Assembly: GCA_934086145.1 (NCBI GenBank)
Contig: CAKOHV010000004.1
Coordinates: 2,354-66,353, forward strand
DNA from: an uncultured Bacilli bacterium
GTDB lineage: Bacteria; Bacillota_I; Bacilli_A; RF39; UBA660
Direction of reading: 5' to 3'
Length of the DNA: 64,000 bases
Within the stretch, counting starts at the first letter, position 1; each line of letters begins with the position of its first letter. Positions 7,512-17,920 of the stretch are shown one piece after another. The notes beneath the pieces were generated by a model. It was not told where the DNA came from. It saw only the letters and a list, made by a program, of their open reading frames with translations, and made no database searches. The position numbers and the translations under genes were made by a program.

Positions 7512-9650
7512 ATGTTAGAATTTATTAAAAAAATAATTTTATATCTTATCCATATCATAAAATGTCTTTTAAGAAAACTAAAAGGCTTTTTTAAAGCTTC
7601 TTCTATAAACTCCGCTCCTAAAGAAAAAAATCCACAAATTACCGCAAAAAAAGAAACAATGTTATACAATAGTAGTTCTACCAACATCGATACCGATCAC
7701 AATAAAAAGAATTCTCATAACCAAACATTAGAAATATCTGAATCTACACCGCTTCAAGAAATTGACCCTACCATCAAAGTTATTACTATTTCCGACAAAT
7801 TAATTGATTACTATATCAAAAAAGCAATTAATGAAGAAATCATCGAACAGAAAAAAGAAATTCCTCTATCAATCAACAAATTAAAAGAAGAAATAAAGCC
7901 TATAATAAAAGAAAAAATTAACCAAGAAAATATTAAAAATACGCAAAGTTTAAAAAAGGAAATCAAAAAAGTAGTTAAAGAAAAAATTCAAAGTCTTTCC
8001 ATTAAAACCAAAGAAACTTCTCAAACTAAGTCACAAGCAAAGCCCCAAATTTCACCAACTCCACCCAAAAAAGAAACTCCTATCCCCTATGTCATCGCTA
8101 CTTCCATGCCACCCAAATTAACCATAAATCCGCAGCAAAAACCAACTATTACTAGTAAGAAAAAAACTATTACAACTACTAAACCTAAAAAAGAAATCAG
8201 AAAAAAAGCTGAAGCTCAAACCATTACGATGATTCCTTTAGTGAAGAAAGATGATTTAAAAATAAAACCTAAAGACACACTAACTAATGCTTTAAATGTT
8301 TCAATCGCTCTAGGCACCAATGTCGCTGATAAACTAATAAAAGGTAACAGCAAACCCCAAAATCCACCTTCTATTACGCCATCTCCCAAACAAAAAAGCT
8401 CTCAAGAGCCCAAACATAATCCATCAACTACTTCTCCATCTCAAGCTAAGGATATAAAACACCATCCACTCCCTTCCAAAAAAGAAGTTACTCAAAAATC
8501 TGAACCACAAATAGTACATAAACCTGACCAACAAACACCCAAAAAAGAACTTGAATCAGCTAAAATAGACGAAGAAATCCTTGCACAAAAATTCCAAGAA
8601 GAATTAAAAAAAGAACTCGCTAAACCTAGTCCTAATCCTCCTGATACTAAAAATGATAGTAAAAAACCCCCAGAAAATAAGCCAATCACAAACGAAAACG
8701 AGCCAACACCAGAACAAACCAAAAATCTCAAAATAGCCAAAGAACTTATAATACCTAGTACTATTATCCTTGAAAAAGCAACCTTAACAACCATTAACGA
8801 AACAAGCAATGAAATGAAATCATCTAAGGAAGTAGAAGAAAAAGCCTATGATAAGTACGAAGCTAAAATAGATAAACTACTAAACGACATTGAAAATTAT
8901 GAAATAAAATATACTAAATCTTTAACTGAAGAACAAAAAAAAGTATTAAATCAACAAAAAGACAAGTTAAGAAAAGCTAAAGATAACATCCAAATCCAAT
9001 ATCAAAATGATCTTGATGACGAAAAGAAAGAATACAACAAGAAAATCAGTGATGATGAATTAAATGGTTTACAAAATTATTTAAAATCCCTTCATTTAGA
9101 ACAAGAATTAGAATTTAATAATAATCTTTTAAATCAAATGAATAATCTTCAACAAATAACTCAAGAACAAATAGCCAACATTGATAAAAAAATATTAATG
9201 AAAAATCTAAAGAAAGCTTCTCTCTTAGCTGAAATGACTTCAATAATAGCTTTTCCTTTTATTAGAAGTAAATATTTCTTTTATTTCACCGCAGGTTTAA
9301 TCATTGACAATCATTTTAATTTTATAAACGCCTTTTTTAAAAGAAAGATGAACAAATTTCAACTACCTAATTTAAGCGCTTTAAGGCAAGGTAAAGACGC
9401 TTTAGATAAAGCAATCGACCAAACATACGATAACATCGAAAAATTGCAATACATCACCTATGATGCCTTAAATAGATACCCTGAATTAAGCTATGATAAG
9501 AAATTCAATAAATATGTTAATAAACTAAATAACAATTTACAAAAAAACTATGAAAAACTAGTTAAGAAAAGAGAAATTATTGATAAATACTACAATAAAA
9601 CTAATAAACAAGTAAAAAAACTTCAAAAGAAAAAAACAAGCTTCTTTTAA
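7512..9650 (+). CDS. Hypothetical Lys/Pro/Gln-rich low-complexity protein with coiled-coil region and C-proximal hydrophobic segment
   Basis: Long ORF with RBS AAGGTGAT immediately upstream of ATG 7512; the ORF-track GTG at 7503 lies inside the RBS. It has a K/P/T/S-rich central region, heptad-like K/E/N/Q-rich region, and a hydrophobic stretch (IIAFPFIRSKYFFYFTAGLII). No recognisable catalytic motif. Confidence 0.55.
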   Translation: MLEFIKKIILYLIHIIKCLLRKLKGFFKASSINSAPKEKNPQITAKKETMLYNSSSTNIDTDHNKKNSHNQTLEISESTPLQEIDPTIKVITISDKLIDYYIKKAINEEIIEQKKEIPLSINKLKEEIKPIIKEKINQENIKNTQSLKKEIKKVVKEKIQSLSIKTKETSQTKSQAKPQISPTPPKKETPIPYVIATSMPPKLTINPQQKPTITSKKKTITTTKPKKEIRKKAEAQTITMIPLVKKDDLKIKPKDTLTNALNVSIALGTNVADKLIKGNSKPQNPPSITPSPKQKSSQEPKHNPSTTSPSQAKDIKHHPLPSKKEVTQKSEPQIVHKPDQQTPKKELESAKIDEEILAQKFQEELKKELAKPSPNPPDTKNDSKKPPENKPITNENEPTPEQTKNLKIAKELIIPSTIILEKATLTTINETSNEMKSSKEVEEKAYDKYEAKIDKLLNDIENYEIKYTKSLTEEQKKVLNQQKDKLRKAKDNIQIQYQNDLDDEKKEYNKKISDDELNGLQNYLKSLHLEQELEFNNNLLNQMNNLQQITQEQIANIDKKILMKNLKKASLLAEMTSIIAFPFIRSKYFFYFTAGLIIDNHFNFINAFFKRKMNKFQLPNLSALRQGKDALDKAIDQTYDNIEKLQYITYDALNRYPELSYDKKFNKYVNKLNNNLQKNYEKLVKKREIIDKYYNKTNKQVKKLQKKKTSFF

Positions 9651-9667
9651 AAAAATTACCTACTAAA

Positions 9668-9706
9668 AATGAGAAAAGCATTCATTCTACTTTTCTCATT
9701 TTTTTA
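9668..9706. terminator. Bidirectional intrinsic terminator between convergent genes
   Basis: AATGAGAAAAG-11 nt loop-CTTTTCTCATT, flanked by an A-run on the left and a T-run on the right. Confidence 0.6.
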
Positions 9707-12700
9707 TTTTTGACTTAATTCTTTATAAAATTGATATCTCTTCATTGCTTCTTGTTTATTAAGTTCTAATATTTCCTTCGCTTGTTCTGGATTTTTAACT
9801 AATAAACTATTATATCTAACTTCATTATTTAATAATTTTTCATATTTATCAAAATCAGGTTCACGACTATCTAAATATAATTTATCTTCTTCAGGTTTAT
9901 ATCTCATTAAAGAAGTATAACCACATTCAACAACTAAACGTTGTTCACTAGAAGAGTTACTCATTCCTCCTTTAATACCTTGTTCTATACATGGTGAATA
10001 AGCAATTATTATAGAAGGTCCATTATGTGCTTCAGCTTCTTGGAAAGCTTTAATCGTTTGAATAAAGTTACTTCCTAAAGATACATTAGCCACATAACAA
10101 TTAGGATAACTCATCGCTATTTTAAATAGATCTTTTTTAGCAGTCTTCTTACCACTATCAGCAAATTGAGCAACTTGACCAACACGTGATGATTTACTTG
10201 CTTGGCCACCTGTATTTGAGTAAACTTCCGTATCTAAAACCAAGATGTTTACATTTTCACCACTTGATAAGACATGATCAATTCCACCAAAGCCAATGTC
10301 ATAAGCCCAACCATCTCCACCAATAGTCCATACACTACGAGCAGGCACATAATCTAACATTTTTTCTAAATCTTTTGGAATTTGTTTATCTTTCAAGTCT
10401 TCTTTAACTTTTTCAGTAATAGCAAAATCATTTGGATTATCTAGCCATTCTTGGTATAAAGCTTTAACTTCTTCATCAACACTCTCAATTGATTGTTCAA
10501 TGATATTTTTAACACGTGAACGACTCTTATTGTAACTTAGTAACATTCCATAACCAAATTCAGCATTATCTTCGAATAATGAATTAGCCCAAGGAATCGA
10601 ATATGGAGTACTTGGTACACTACCACCATAAATTGAAGAACAACCAGTTGCATTAGCAATTATTAATTTATCTTTAAATAATTGCGTTAATAATTTTATA
10701 TAAGGAGTTTCTCCGCAACCAGCACAAGCACCACTAAATTCAAATCTTGGTTTTTCAAATTGCGAACCTTTAACAGTTGAAATTGGGAACAATCCTTCGG
10801 GATTATGATACTCTTCAAACATATAATTAGCATGTTCTTGTTTTTCTTCATCATACTTACCAAAAGCTAAAGCTTTTTCGCCCCCTTTACCAGGACAGGC
10901 ATTAATACATAAACCACAACTAGTACAATCAGCTTCTGAAACAACTATTTCAAAGTTATAATCTGGTTTGCCAAGAAGGGGAATACCTTGTGTTTTATCA
11001 GTTAAAGCAAATGGTCTTATAACAGCATGTGGACACACAATAGCACATTGACCACATTCTAAACATTTACTACTATCCCATTTAGGTACATATGTACTAA
11101 CATTACGTTTTTCACGTTTTGATAAAGCACATGGGAATGTTCCATCACGATAAGGTACTAAGTCACTAACCTTTAAATCATCGCCTTGACGGGCATTTAT
11201 AATATCAAAAATGTTACCATCTTCCTCTGCTTCTTCTAAAGCATAAGTTAATTCATCTGTATAACATTTTAAATTATCTAAAGACATCGTAATCGCTTTC
11301 TTATTAGCATCAACAATATCTTGTCCTTTAGTTGCAAATTGTTTTACTATTGAACGACTTACAGCTCCTAAAGCATCCGGATAATCAATTAAATGTAAGA
11401 TAATCATTTCCATTATTTTACTTATTTTACCTTTTATTCCAACATCAAGAGCAATCTTTTCAGCATCAATGGTATATAACTTAATATTTTTTTCTATAAT
11501 ATCTTTCTTAACATTATTAGGTAAGAAGGCATTCATATCTTCTTCATGCGTATTAATAACTAAAGCCCCATTTTCTGGTAATTGACTAGTCATATCAAAT
11601 TTATATAAATATTCTTGTTTAGTTATAACAACAATATCTGGTCTTGTTACATAGTAAGGCGCATTAATCTCTTTATCAGAGATACGTAAGTTACAAATTG
11701 TAACTCCACCACTTTTCTTTGAATCATATTGGTTATAACTTTGAACAAACTTATCTGTTCCTGTTCCAACAATCTTCATTATATCTTTACTAGTACTAAC
11801 CATTCCATCACTACCAAAGCCAAATATTTTTATTTCTTTAGCATCTAATGAAATATGATAATCTTTTTTCTCTAAGCTCAAGTTAGTAACATCGTCTTCT
11901 ATTCCAATCGTAAAATTATTTTTTAATTCACTATTTAACATACAATATACAGCATATATTTGATCAGGTGTTGTATTTTTACTTGCTAAGCCATATCTTC
12001 CCCCAACAATTTTAACACCTTCACCCATTAAGGCACTACAAACATCTAAATATAGTGGTTCACCAACTCCACCAGCTTCTTTAGTACGATCTAAAACAGC
12101 AATTTTACAAACGGTTTCTGGTAAAACTTCTTTTAAATACTTAGTACTAAATGGACGATATAAATGAACTTCTATTAAGCCAACTTTCCATCCCTTCTTG
12201 TTTAAATCATCAACAACTAATTTTATCGTGTCACAAACACTACCCATAGCTACAATAACATTTGTTGCGGCCTCATCACCATAATAGTTAAATGGTTTAT
12301 AGTTTTTACCAGTAATAGCATTAATTTTTTGCATATAATCATTTACTATATCTGGCATTTTATCATAAAGTTCATTACGTGCTTCTAATGATTGGAAATA
12401 AATATCTTCATTTTCTGCCATTCCTTTTTGAATATGTGAACCAACATTTAAAGCTTTATTCTTAAATTCATAAACTTTATCAAAATTCACCAAGTTTAAT
12501 AAATCAACTTCTGATAATTTTTTTATTTTATTTACTTCATGACTAGTTCTAAAGCCATCAAAGAAATGGATAAAAGGTAAACTTCCTTCAATTGCACTAA
12601 GGTGAGCAACCGCTGCTAAGTAATTAGCATCTGCTACATTAGTTGAAGCTAGCATACAAAAACCAGTTTGACGTGTTGCATAAACATCTGAGTGATCTCC

Positions 12701-13063
12701 AAAAATGGATAAAGCATGAGTTGCTATAGTACGGGCTGCTACATGGATAACAGCTGGTAAGCATTCCCCTGCTATTTTATACATATTAGGAATCATTAAA
12801 AGTAATCCTTGACTTGCTGTAAAAGTGGTCGCTAGACTACCAGATAATAATGCTCCATGAAGCGTTCCGGCAGCCCCAGCCTCACTTTGCATTTCTACGA
12901 CTTTAACTGAATCGTTAAATAAATTTTTTTTATCGGTCTTGCTTATTACATCAACTTCTGAAGCCATTGGACTAGAAGGCGTAATTGGATAAATACTAGC
13001 TATTTCACTAAAGAAATAAGCTGTACTTGCACAAGCCTTATTACCATCTACAATATCATACAT
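9704..13063 (-). CDS. nifJ: Pyruvate:ferredoxin (flavodoxin) oxidoreductase
   Basis: 1119-aa single-chain PFOR. Two 4Fe-4S ferredoxin motifs (CLECGQCAIVCP, CTSCGLCINACP) and a TPP-binding region (GGDGWAYDIGFGG). RBS GGGAGA. Confidence 0.95.
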   Translation of the reverse strand: MYDIVDGNKACASTAYFFSEIASIYPITPSSPMASEVDVISKTDKKNLFNDSVKVVEMQSEAGAAGTLHGALLSGSLATTFTASQGLLLMIPNMYKIAGECLPAVIHVAARTIATHALSIFGDHSDVYATRQTGFCMLASTNVADANYLAAVAHLSAIEGSLPFIHFFDGFRTSHEVNKIKKLSEVDLLNLVNFDKVYEFKNKALNVGSHIQKGMAENEDIYFQSLEARNELYDKMPDIVNDYMQKINAITGKNYKPFNYYGDEAATNVIVAMGSVCDTIKLVVDDLNKKGWKVGLIEVHLYRPFSTKYLKEVLPETVCKIAVLDRTKEAGGVGEPLYLDVCSALMGEGVKIVGGRYGLASKNTTPDQIYAVYCMLNSELKNNFTIGIEDDVTNLSLEKKDYHISLDAKEIKIFGFGSDGMVSTSKDIMKIVGTGTDKFVQSYNQYDSKKSGGVTICNLRISDKEINAPYYVTRPDIVVITKQEYLYKFDMTSQLPENGALVINTHEEDMNAFLPNNVKKDIIEKNIKLYTIDAEKIALDVGIKGKISKIMEMIILHLIDYPDALGAVSRSIVKQFATKGQDIVDANKKAITMSLDNLKCYTDELTYALEEAEEDGNIFDIINARQGDDLKVSDLVPYRDGTFPCALSKREKRNVSTYVPKWDSSKCLECGQCAIVCPHAVIRPFALTDKTQGIPLLGKPDYNFEIVVSEADCTSCGLCINACPGKGGEKALAFGKYDEEKQEHANYMFEEYHNPEGLFPISTVKGSQFEKPRFEFSGACAGCGETPYIKLLTQLFKDKLIIANATGCSSIYGGSVPSTPYSIPWANSLFEDNAEFGYGMLLSYNKSRSRVKNIIEQSIESVDEEVKALYQEWLDNPNDFAITEKVKEDLKDKQIPKDLEKMLDYVPARSVWTIGGDGWAYDIGFGGIDHVLSSGENVNILVLDTEVYSNTGGQASKSSRVGQVAQFADSGKKTAKKDLFKIAMSYPNCYVANVSLGSNFIQTIKAFQEAEAHNGPSIIIAYSPCIEQGIKGGMSNSSSEQRLVVECGYTSLMRYKPEEDKLYLDSREPDFDKYEKLLNNEVRYNSLLVKNPEQAKEILELNKQEAMKRYQFYKELSQK

Positions 13064-13076
13064 ATTAATCTCTCCC

Positions 13077-14294
13077 TTACTTACTTAATCCGTTTGAAAC
13101 ATTAATTCCAAATAATTCTTCTTCATGTTCTTTTGCTTGTTCATAAATTTGAGTTACATTGCTAACCCAGTTACTATTGCCATCCTCTACTGGAGCATGA
13201 ATGGCGCCAATTTCTTCAATGGTTACCGCTCCCATTAGTTCGTATTTTTTTAGTTCCAAGCATAATTCGATAAATCCTTCATCTTTGGTACTAAATTCCC
13301 ACCAATCGCCATTTAAACGAAGTCCCGCTGGATTATTGCTATTTCTAAATAAATTACTATTAAAACCAGTTTCAGTTCTAACAATAGCATAAGCTAAACA
13401 TCTGTCAACACCTAATAAATCAGCATAATACGCAATTCTTTTTTCATAATTACCTTCATAATCAGCATCACTATAAACATTTAAACTTTCACTACTTAAG
13501 CCAAATTCATTTGGGGCTTGTTTAATGTTTCTAACAACGTATAAAACTAATTCTTCTAGTGAAGATGCTCTTACCTCACGTCTTTTACAATGAATTCCTG
13601 GAATATATAATTCATTAACAAAATCCGCGGAAGTAAAATTATCAGTTAGTTTTTCAAAAACATTACAAACTTGACGATAATCTACCGAATATATATCACA
13701 ATACTTCCTGATTAATTCACAAGTTTCTTGTTTTAATTCATCTAATGGACTTTGAGTTTCTGGTACATAAGCTGCTGCTAAAGGTTTATTTATCTCAATA
13801 TTTATTTCTTGAGCAATAGGAAGTTCTGGTTTCGCAGCCACTTTATTCCTTTGGAAAGTTACAAAAGCTTCTATTGATAGGAAGATAGTTAAACCACAAA
13901 CGACAACTTTAACCATTCCTTTATGCCCTTTATTTACTTCCCCTTTAGTTTTAACATTTTTCTTACTATAACCATTTTTAGTTAATTTATAATTTTTAGT
14001 TTTAACAATCTTTCCTTGCGTTTTTCTTCCTTGACTTGGTTGAGGACGATTAACCTGACTTGGACTTGGTTTAGCATGATTAACTAATCCTTGATTATTT
14101 TTCACTTGCTTAACTTGCTCCGAACTAGTTTTTCCCGGTAATTTACGTTCACAAGCAATTGTATTATCATGAAAATACTCCCGAGCCATCTTTACTTCTT
14201 CATCACTTAATTTAGTAATTATTGGAATACTCATATCACAATATTTACCATCTTTAGTTATCTTATTTGGATCTAATAATTCAAAATTTATCAT
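13077..14294 (-). CDS. Membrane-anchored protein with C-terminal glucosaminidase-like (peptidoglycan hydrolase) domain
   Basis: 405 aa with a single TM (VVVCGLTIFLSIEAFVTF). The C-terminal AYAIVRTETGFNSNLFRNSNNPAGL resembles the E-containing core of mannosyl-glycoprotein endo-beta-N-acetylglucosaminidase domains. Confidence 0.5.
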   Translation of the reverse strand: MINFELLDPNKITKDGKYCDMSIPIITKLSDEEVKMAREYFHDNTIACERKLPGKTSSEQVKQVKNNQGLVNHAKPSPSQVNRPQPSQGRKTQGKIVKTKNYKLTKNGYSKKNVKTKGEVNKGHKGMVKVVVCGLTIFLSIEAFVTFQRNKVAAKPELPIAQEINIEINKPLAAAYVPETQSPLDELKQETCELIRKYCDIYSVDYRQVCNVFEKLTDNFTSADFVNELYIPGIHCKRREVRASSLEELVLYVVRNIKQAPNEFGLSSESLNVYSDADYEGNYEKRIAYYADLLGVDRCLAYAIVRTETGFNSNLFRNSNNPAGLRLNGDWWEFSTKDEGFIELCLELKKYELMGAVTIEEIGAIHAPVEDGNSNWVSNVTQIYEQAKEHEEELFGINVSNGLSK

Positions 14295-14357
14295 TAAAAT
14301 TCACCACACTACTAATATTATTAAACATTTACAAAGCTTTAATAATATCAATTCCTT

Positions 14358-15377
14358 CTATTTATTCTTTTTTTTAAACACAATTAATTTACTAAGAACG
14401 TAATTAACAATTGTCACAATTACTTGCGAAATTATTTTACCAATCTTATCATTCCAAGTAAATACTGAAACAATTAAAAACATTGTTAGCATATCTAAAA
14501 GTAGGCTAAAGACACGTGCTCCAACAAACGAAGACACTTCTTTTAAGTAATTTTTTTCCTTACTTTTAAAAACATAAATTCGATTAGTTACATAAGCAAA
14601 GCCTACCGCAATTACCCATGATATAATATTAGCCATTTGTAATTCCAAACTATTACTTGGATCTAAGAATGTTGTTGTACAGATAAAGTATGTTCCTAAG
14701 CTAACTATTGTCGTTAAGCCCCCCACAACTAGGTAGTTCCATAGTTCTTCATTCTTATGATATATTCCTAACCCCCAACGCCACAATCTAACAATTATAT
14801 TTGGTTTATATTCATAGTAATTAAACAATTTATCTTTCTTTACTAAAATACCTTCTTTAGCTTCTTCAATCAAAGGCAAATCATTGATAGAATCCGTATA
14901 CATCTTATTAACTATTGCTTTAGGATACTTTTGATAAAGATTTATTACCTTTTGCTTTCCATGACAATTCTTGCCCTTGACTTCTCCTGTTATTTTATCA
15001 ATATCCGTAGCCATTAAATCATAAACTTTATATTTTTTAGCAATCGGTTCTAACCAAAAGATCCCCGATGCCGATATTATTATATCTTTTTTATGATTTT
15101 TTTTCTCGACCCAAAAGGATTTTAATTTATGTTCATGTTTTTCCCAAAATTTCAAGACCATACTATCAACATCCGGTATATCTTGTAGAAATGAAAAAAA
15201 GGTACTTTTTAATTGTTCTTTTGAACATAATTTTAATAAATAACAGATGACCATGCCCAACATCTTTGGCAATCTTCTAATTATTTTAGGATATTTTTTT
15301 AAACAGAAGAGAAATAAATCAACTCCCGAATCCCCATCATATATGGTTCCATCAAAATCATATATATCATATTTCAC
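14358..15377 (-). CDS. HAD-IB phosphatase fused to a GtrA-family membrane domain
   Basis: GTG start. N-terminal DFDGTIYDGDS (HAD motif I). The C-terminal ~130 aa has four TM segments (NYLVVGGLTTIVSLGTYFI...VFKSK...IVFKKK), typical of GtrA. Confidence 0.7.
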   Translation of the reverse strand: MKYDIYDFDGTIYDGDSGVDLFLFCLKKYPKIIRRLPKMLGMVICYLLKLCSKEQLKSTFFSFLQDIPDVDSMVLKFWEKHEHKLKSFWVEKKNHKKDIIISASGIFWLEPIAKKYKVYDLMATDIDKITGEVKGKNCHGKQKVINLYQKYPKAIVNKMYTDSINDLPLIEEAKEGILVKKDKLFNYYEYKPNIIVRLWRWGLGIYHKNEELWNYLVVGGLTTIVSLGTYFICTTTFLDPSNSLELQMANIISWVIAVGFAYVTNRIYVFKSKEKNYLKEVSSFVGARVFSLLLDMLTMFLIVSVFTWNDKIGKIISQVIVTIVNYVLSKLIVFKKKNK

Positions 15378-15466
15378 TATATCACTTCCAAACTTCCTTT
15401 ATTATACCATGATAACGCCTTTTTAAAAAGCAACAAAAGTACCACGTCTTGTGATACTTTTATCTT

Positions 15467-15946
15467 TTAATTTTCATCGATTAATTTTTCAACTAAAGAA
15501 ATCATATTACTTGTATTACTTTTATATTTTTTTGGTTTAAATTTTTTTACTTTCTTTAAAGCTTCACCTAGATTATCTAAATCTTCTACGCCAATAATAT
15601 TACCATTTGCCGAAAATTTTTCAATTATTTGTTTTTGATGATCATTAACGTGTTCTCCATATTTAGCTAATCTTGGAACAGCAATAACTTTTTTATTACA
15701 TTTTAAACCAGTAATAATACTCCCAACTCCCCCATGGGTAATTAATAAATCACATTGTTTCATTAACTTATCAAATTCTTCCATAGGAATTAAATCAAAT
15801 ATTTGCATTTTATCTGTTTCATACTTCGTACATCCAGCCTGAACGACAACTTCATCTTGAATATTACCATTTTCTATTTCTCGTAATACTGCGTCAAGAA
15901 GTCTTGTAAATGGTTTATCTTGAGTTCCTAAAGTTACTAAAATCAT
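15467..15946 (-). CDS. Alg13-like glycosyltransferase subunit (PssE/Cps14G family, Glyco_tran_28_C)
   Basis: 159 aa. MILVTLGTQDKPFTRLLDAV...ITHGGVGSI matches the catalytic half of split Alg13/Alg14-type GTs. Confidence 0.8.
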   Translation of the reverse strand: MILVTLGTQDKPFTRLLDAVLREIENGNIQDEVVVQAGCTKYETDKMQIFDLIPMEEFDKLMKQCDLLITHGGVGSIITGLKCNKKVIAVPRLAKYGEHVNDHQKQIIEKFSANGNIIGVEDLDNLGEALKKVKKFKPKKYKSNTSNMISLVEKLIDEN

Positions 15947-15948
15947 TT

Positions 15949-17403
15949 TTATTCACCTTTCATTGTTTGATTTATTTTATCTTTAGCATCATCAATTGTT
16001 TTTTGAATCGGATTCATAACATAAGTTAATTGTTTAGGAAAACTAGCTGTATAATTTTGACCATCACTACCATTGACACTAATATTAGTTACCGTCCATG
16101 AGCTCATTGTTTCTAATTGGTTTCTAGCAATTCCTTGAATATCATCCATCTTTATATTAGTAGCAACATATGGCTTAATTGATTTTAAAATATCATCATA
16201 TTTTAATAAGTACTTCTTATCACTTGATATTTTTTGAATAATTGCTGCCATTACATCAGCTTGATTTTGTCCACGATGACGATCTCCCGTACTGTATGCA
16301 TATCTTTCACGTGAATAAGCTAGAGCTTTTTCCCCATCCATATGATTTACTCCTTGTTTAACCGTCCAACCTCTTTTATGGAATGATTTAAAAGTTTTAT
16401 CACTGTAAACATCAATTCCATCAATGGCATCGACAACACTTGTTAAAGCCTTAAAATTAACCTTTACATAAGCATTAATATTAATATCAAAAATATCTTC
16501 AACAGTTTTCATAGAAACATCAATACCATATAATCCAGCATGAGTAAGTTTATCTTTCATTCCTGTTGTTCCATGAACTAAAACATAATAATCACGTGGA
16601 ATACTAACTAATAAAATATTATGATTCATGGGATTAATAACAGCTAAAATATTAACATCACTTAACCCAATTGGTGAAATATATCTCGTATCACGGGTAT
16701 CTAGGCCACTTATATAAACAATAAAAGACTTCCCAACATCTATCGTTGATTCCGTCCTATCGACCTTTCCCGTTACAACAACTTCCCCAACTTTTTTTAC
16801 CAATTCCATAAAACTACTATTTTCTTCTAATAACAAATCATAAATAGTCGAACTAACAACCATACCATCTATTTCATTTAATTCTAGATCATACATCATA
16901 TTTCCAACAGAATCATAATCTTCATATTCTAAACTAACTTGCTTCCCTATTTCTTTTTTTAAATCATCACTATTTTGCTTTATTATTCCAGTTTTATGTC
17001 CCTTTAAATCACTCAAAGTATTATACTCATCACTTTTGATAGTTAAAACATAATATGTCGTCTTTTCTTCAACAACACTAACCATATCTTCCAAAATATT
17101 TATGGTCTTATTTACATAACTAGTCCCCATACCAAAAGCAATCCCTAGTAACATAACTAAAATAAAACCAATAACATTTAAAATCTTATTTTTAAATAAA
17201 ATAAAGAAATCACATATTATATTAAGAACTACTACTAACCCTATAATTCCTAATAAATACTTATTTGGTAACATCTTTGTCTTAACTAAAGATAATACTA
17301 AAATACATGAAACTACCAAAAAAAGAAAAGAAATAAATATCTTTACATAGCTATATATGGTCATTTTCTTTTGCTCTGCTTTATTATCACTCTTTTTCAT
17401 CAT
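15949..17403 (-). CDS. LCP (LytR-CpsA-Psr) family glycopolymer-peptidoglycan ligase
   Basis: N-terminal TM segments plus an LCP core (ILLVSIPRDYYV...GEKALAYSRERY...GDRHRGQNQ). Start moved to ATG 17403 (RBS GGGGGA), 8 nt after the stop of the upstream gene. Confidence 0.85.
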   Translation of the reverse strand: MMKKSDNKAEQKKMTIYSYVKIFISFLFLVVSCILVLSLVKTKMLPNKYLLGIIGLVVVLNIICDFFILFKNKILNVIGFILVMLLGIAFGMGTSYVNKTINILEDMVSVVEEKTTYYVLTIKSDEYNTLSDLKGHKTGIIKQNSDDLKKEIGKQVSLEYEDYDSVGNMMYDLELNEIDGMVVSSTIYDLLLEENSSFMELVKKVGEVVVTGKVDRTESTIDVGKSFIVYISGLDTRDTRYISPIGLSDVNILAVINPMNHNILLVSIPRDYYVLVHGTTGMKDKLTHAGLYGIDVSMKTVEDIFDININAYVKVNFKALTSVVDAIDGIDVYSDKTFKSFHKRGWTVKQGVNHMDGEKALAYSRERYAYSTGDRHRGQNQADVMAAIIQKISSDKKYLLKYDDILKSIKPYVATNIKMDDIQGIARNQLETMSSWTVTNISVNGSDGQNYTASFPKQLTYVMNPIQKTIDDAKDKINQTMKGE

Positions 17404-17410
17404 TTTCCCC

Positions 17411-17905
17411 CTAATAAATCCATCCACCATAAATGGCATTAGGATAATATTGTAACATACTTTCCCATTGTACAATAAAATAATCAGCAAATTTATAAAT
17501 TATTTTTCCCGCTTTAGTTGGACTTGAGTTATTAGCGAATGTTTCAATAAATATTACTTTTTTACCAAATAATTTAGCTAAGCAACACATCGGTCCAACG
17601 TTATGAGAACCTGTTGTTACTACAAAATCTGGACGAATTTTAATCATTAAGTATAATGATATCCAACAATTAGCAAATAACTTAAATAAATAAGTTAATT
17701 TAGCACGAAATGTTGTATAAGTTCCCGATATTATATAATGTACTCGCCCCGGATATTTTACCTTAAGTCCCATATTACTTTTGGTCTTTTCCGTTACAAT
17801 TGTATAATCATACTTCGTAAAACAAGGGGCTAGTTGTAATAACTCACTTAGATGTCCCCCTGTACTAGCAATAAACATAACTTTTTTTTGCTTTTTCTTT
17901 GCCAT
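17411..17905 (-). CDS. Alg14-like glycosyltransferase membrane-anchor subunit (PssD/Cps14F family)
   Basis: 164 aa. MFIASTGGHLSELLQL is the typical Alg14-like signature. Confidence 0.8.
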   Translation of the reverse strand: MAKKKQKKVMFIASTGGHLSELLQLAPCFTKYDYTIVTEKTKSNMGLKVKYPGRVHYIISGTYTTFRAKLTYLFKLFANCWISLYLMIKIRPDFVVTTGSHNVGPMCCLAKLFGKKVIFIETFANNSSPTKAGKIIYKFADYFIVQWESMLQYYPNAIYGGWIY

Positions 17906-17920
17906 AAAACCATCCCTCTT

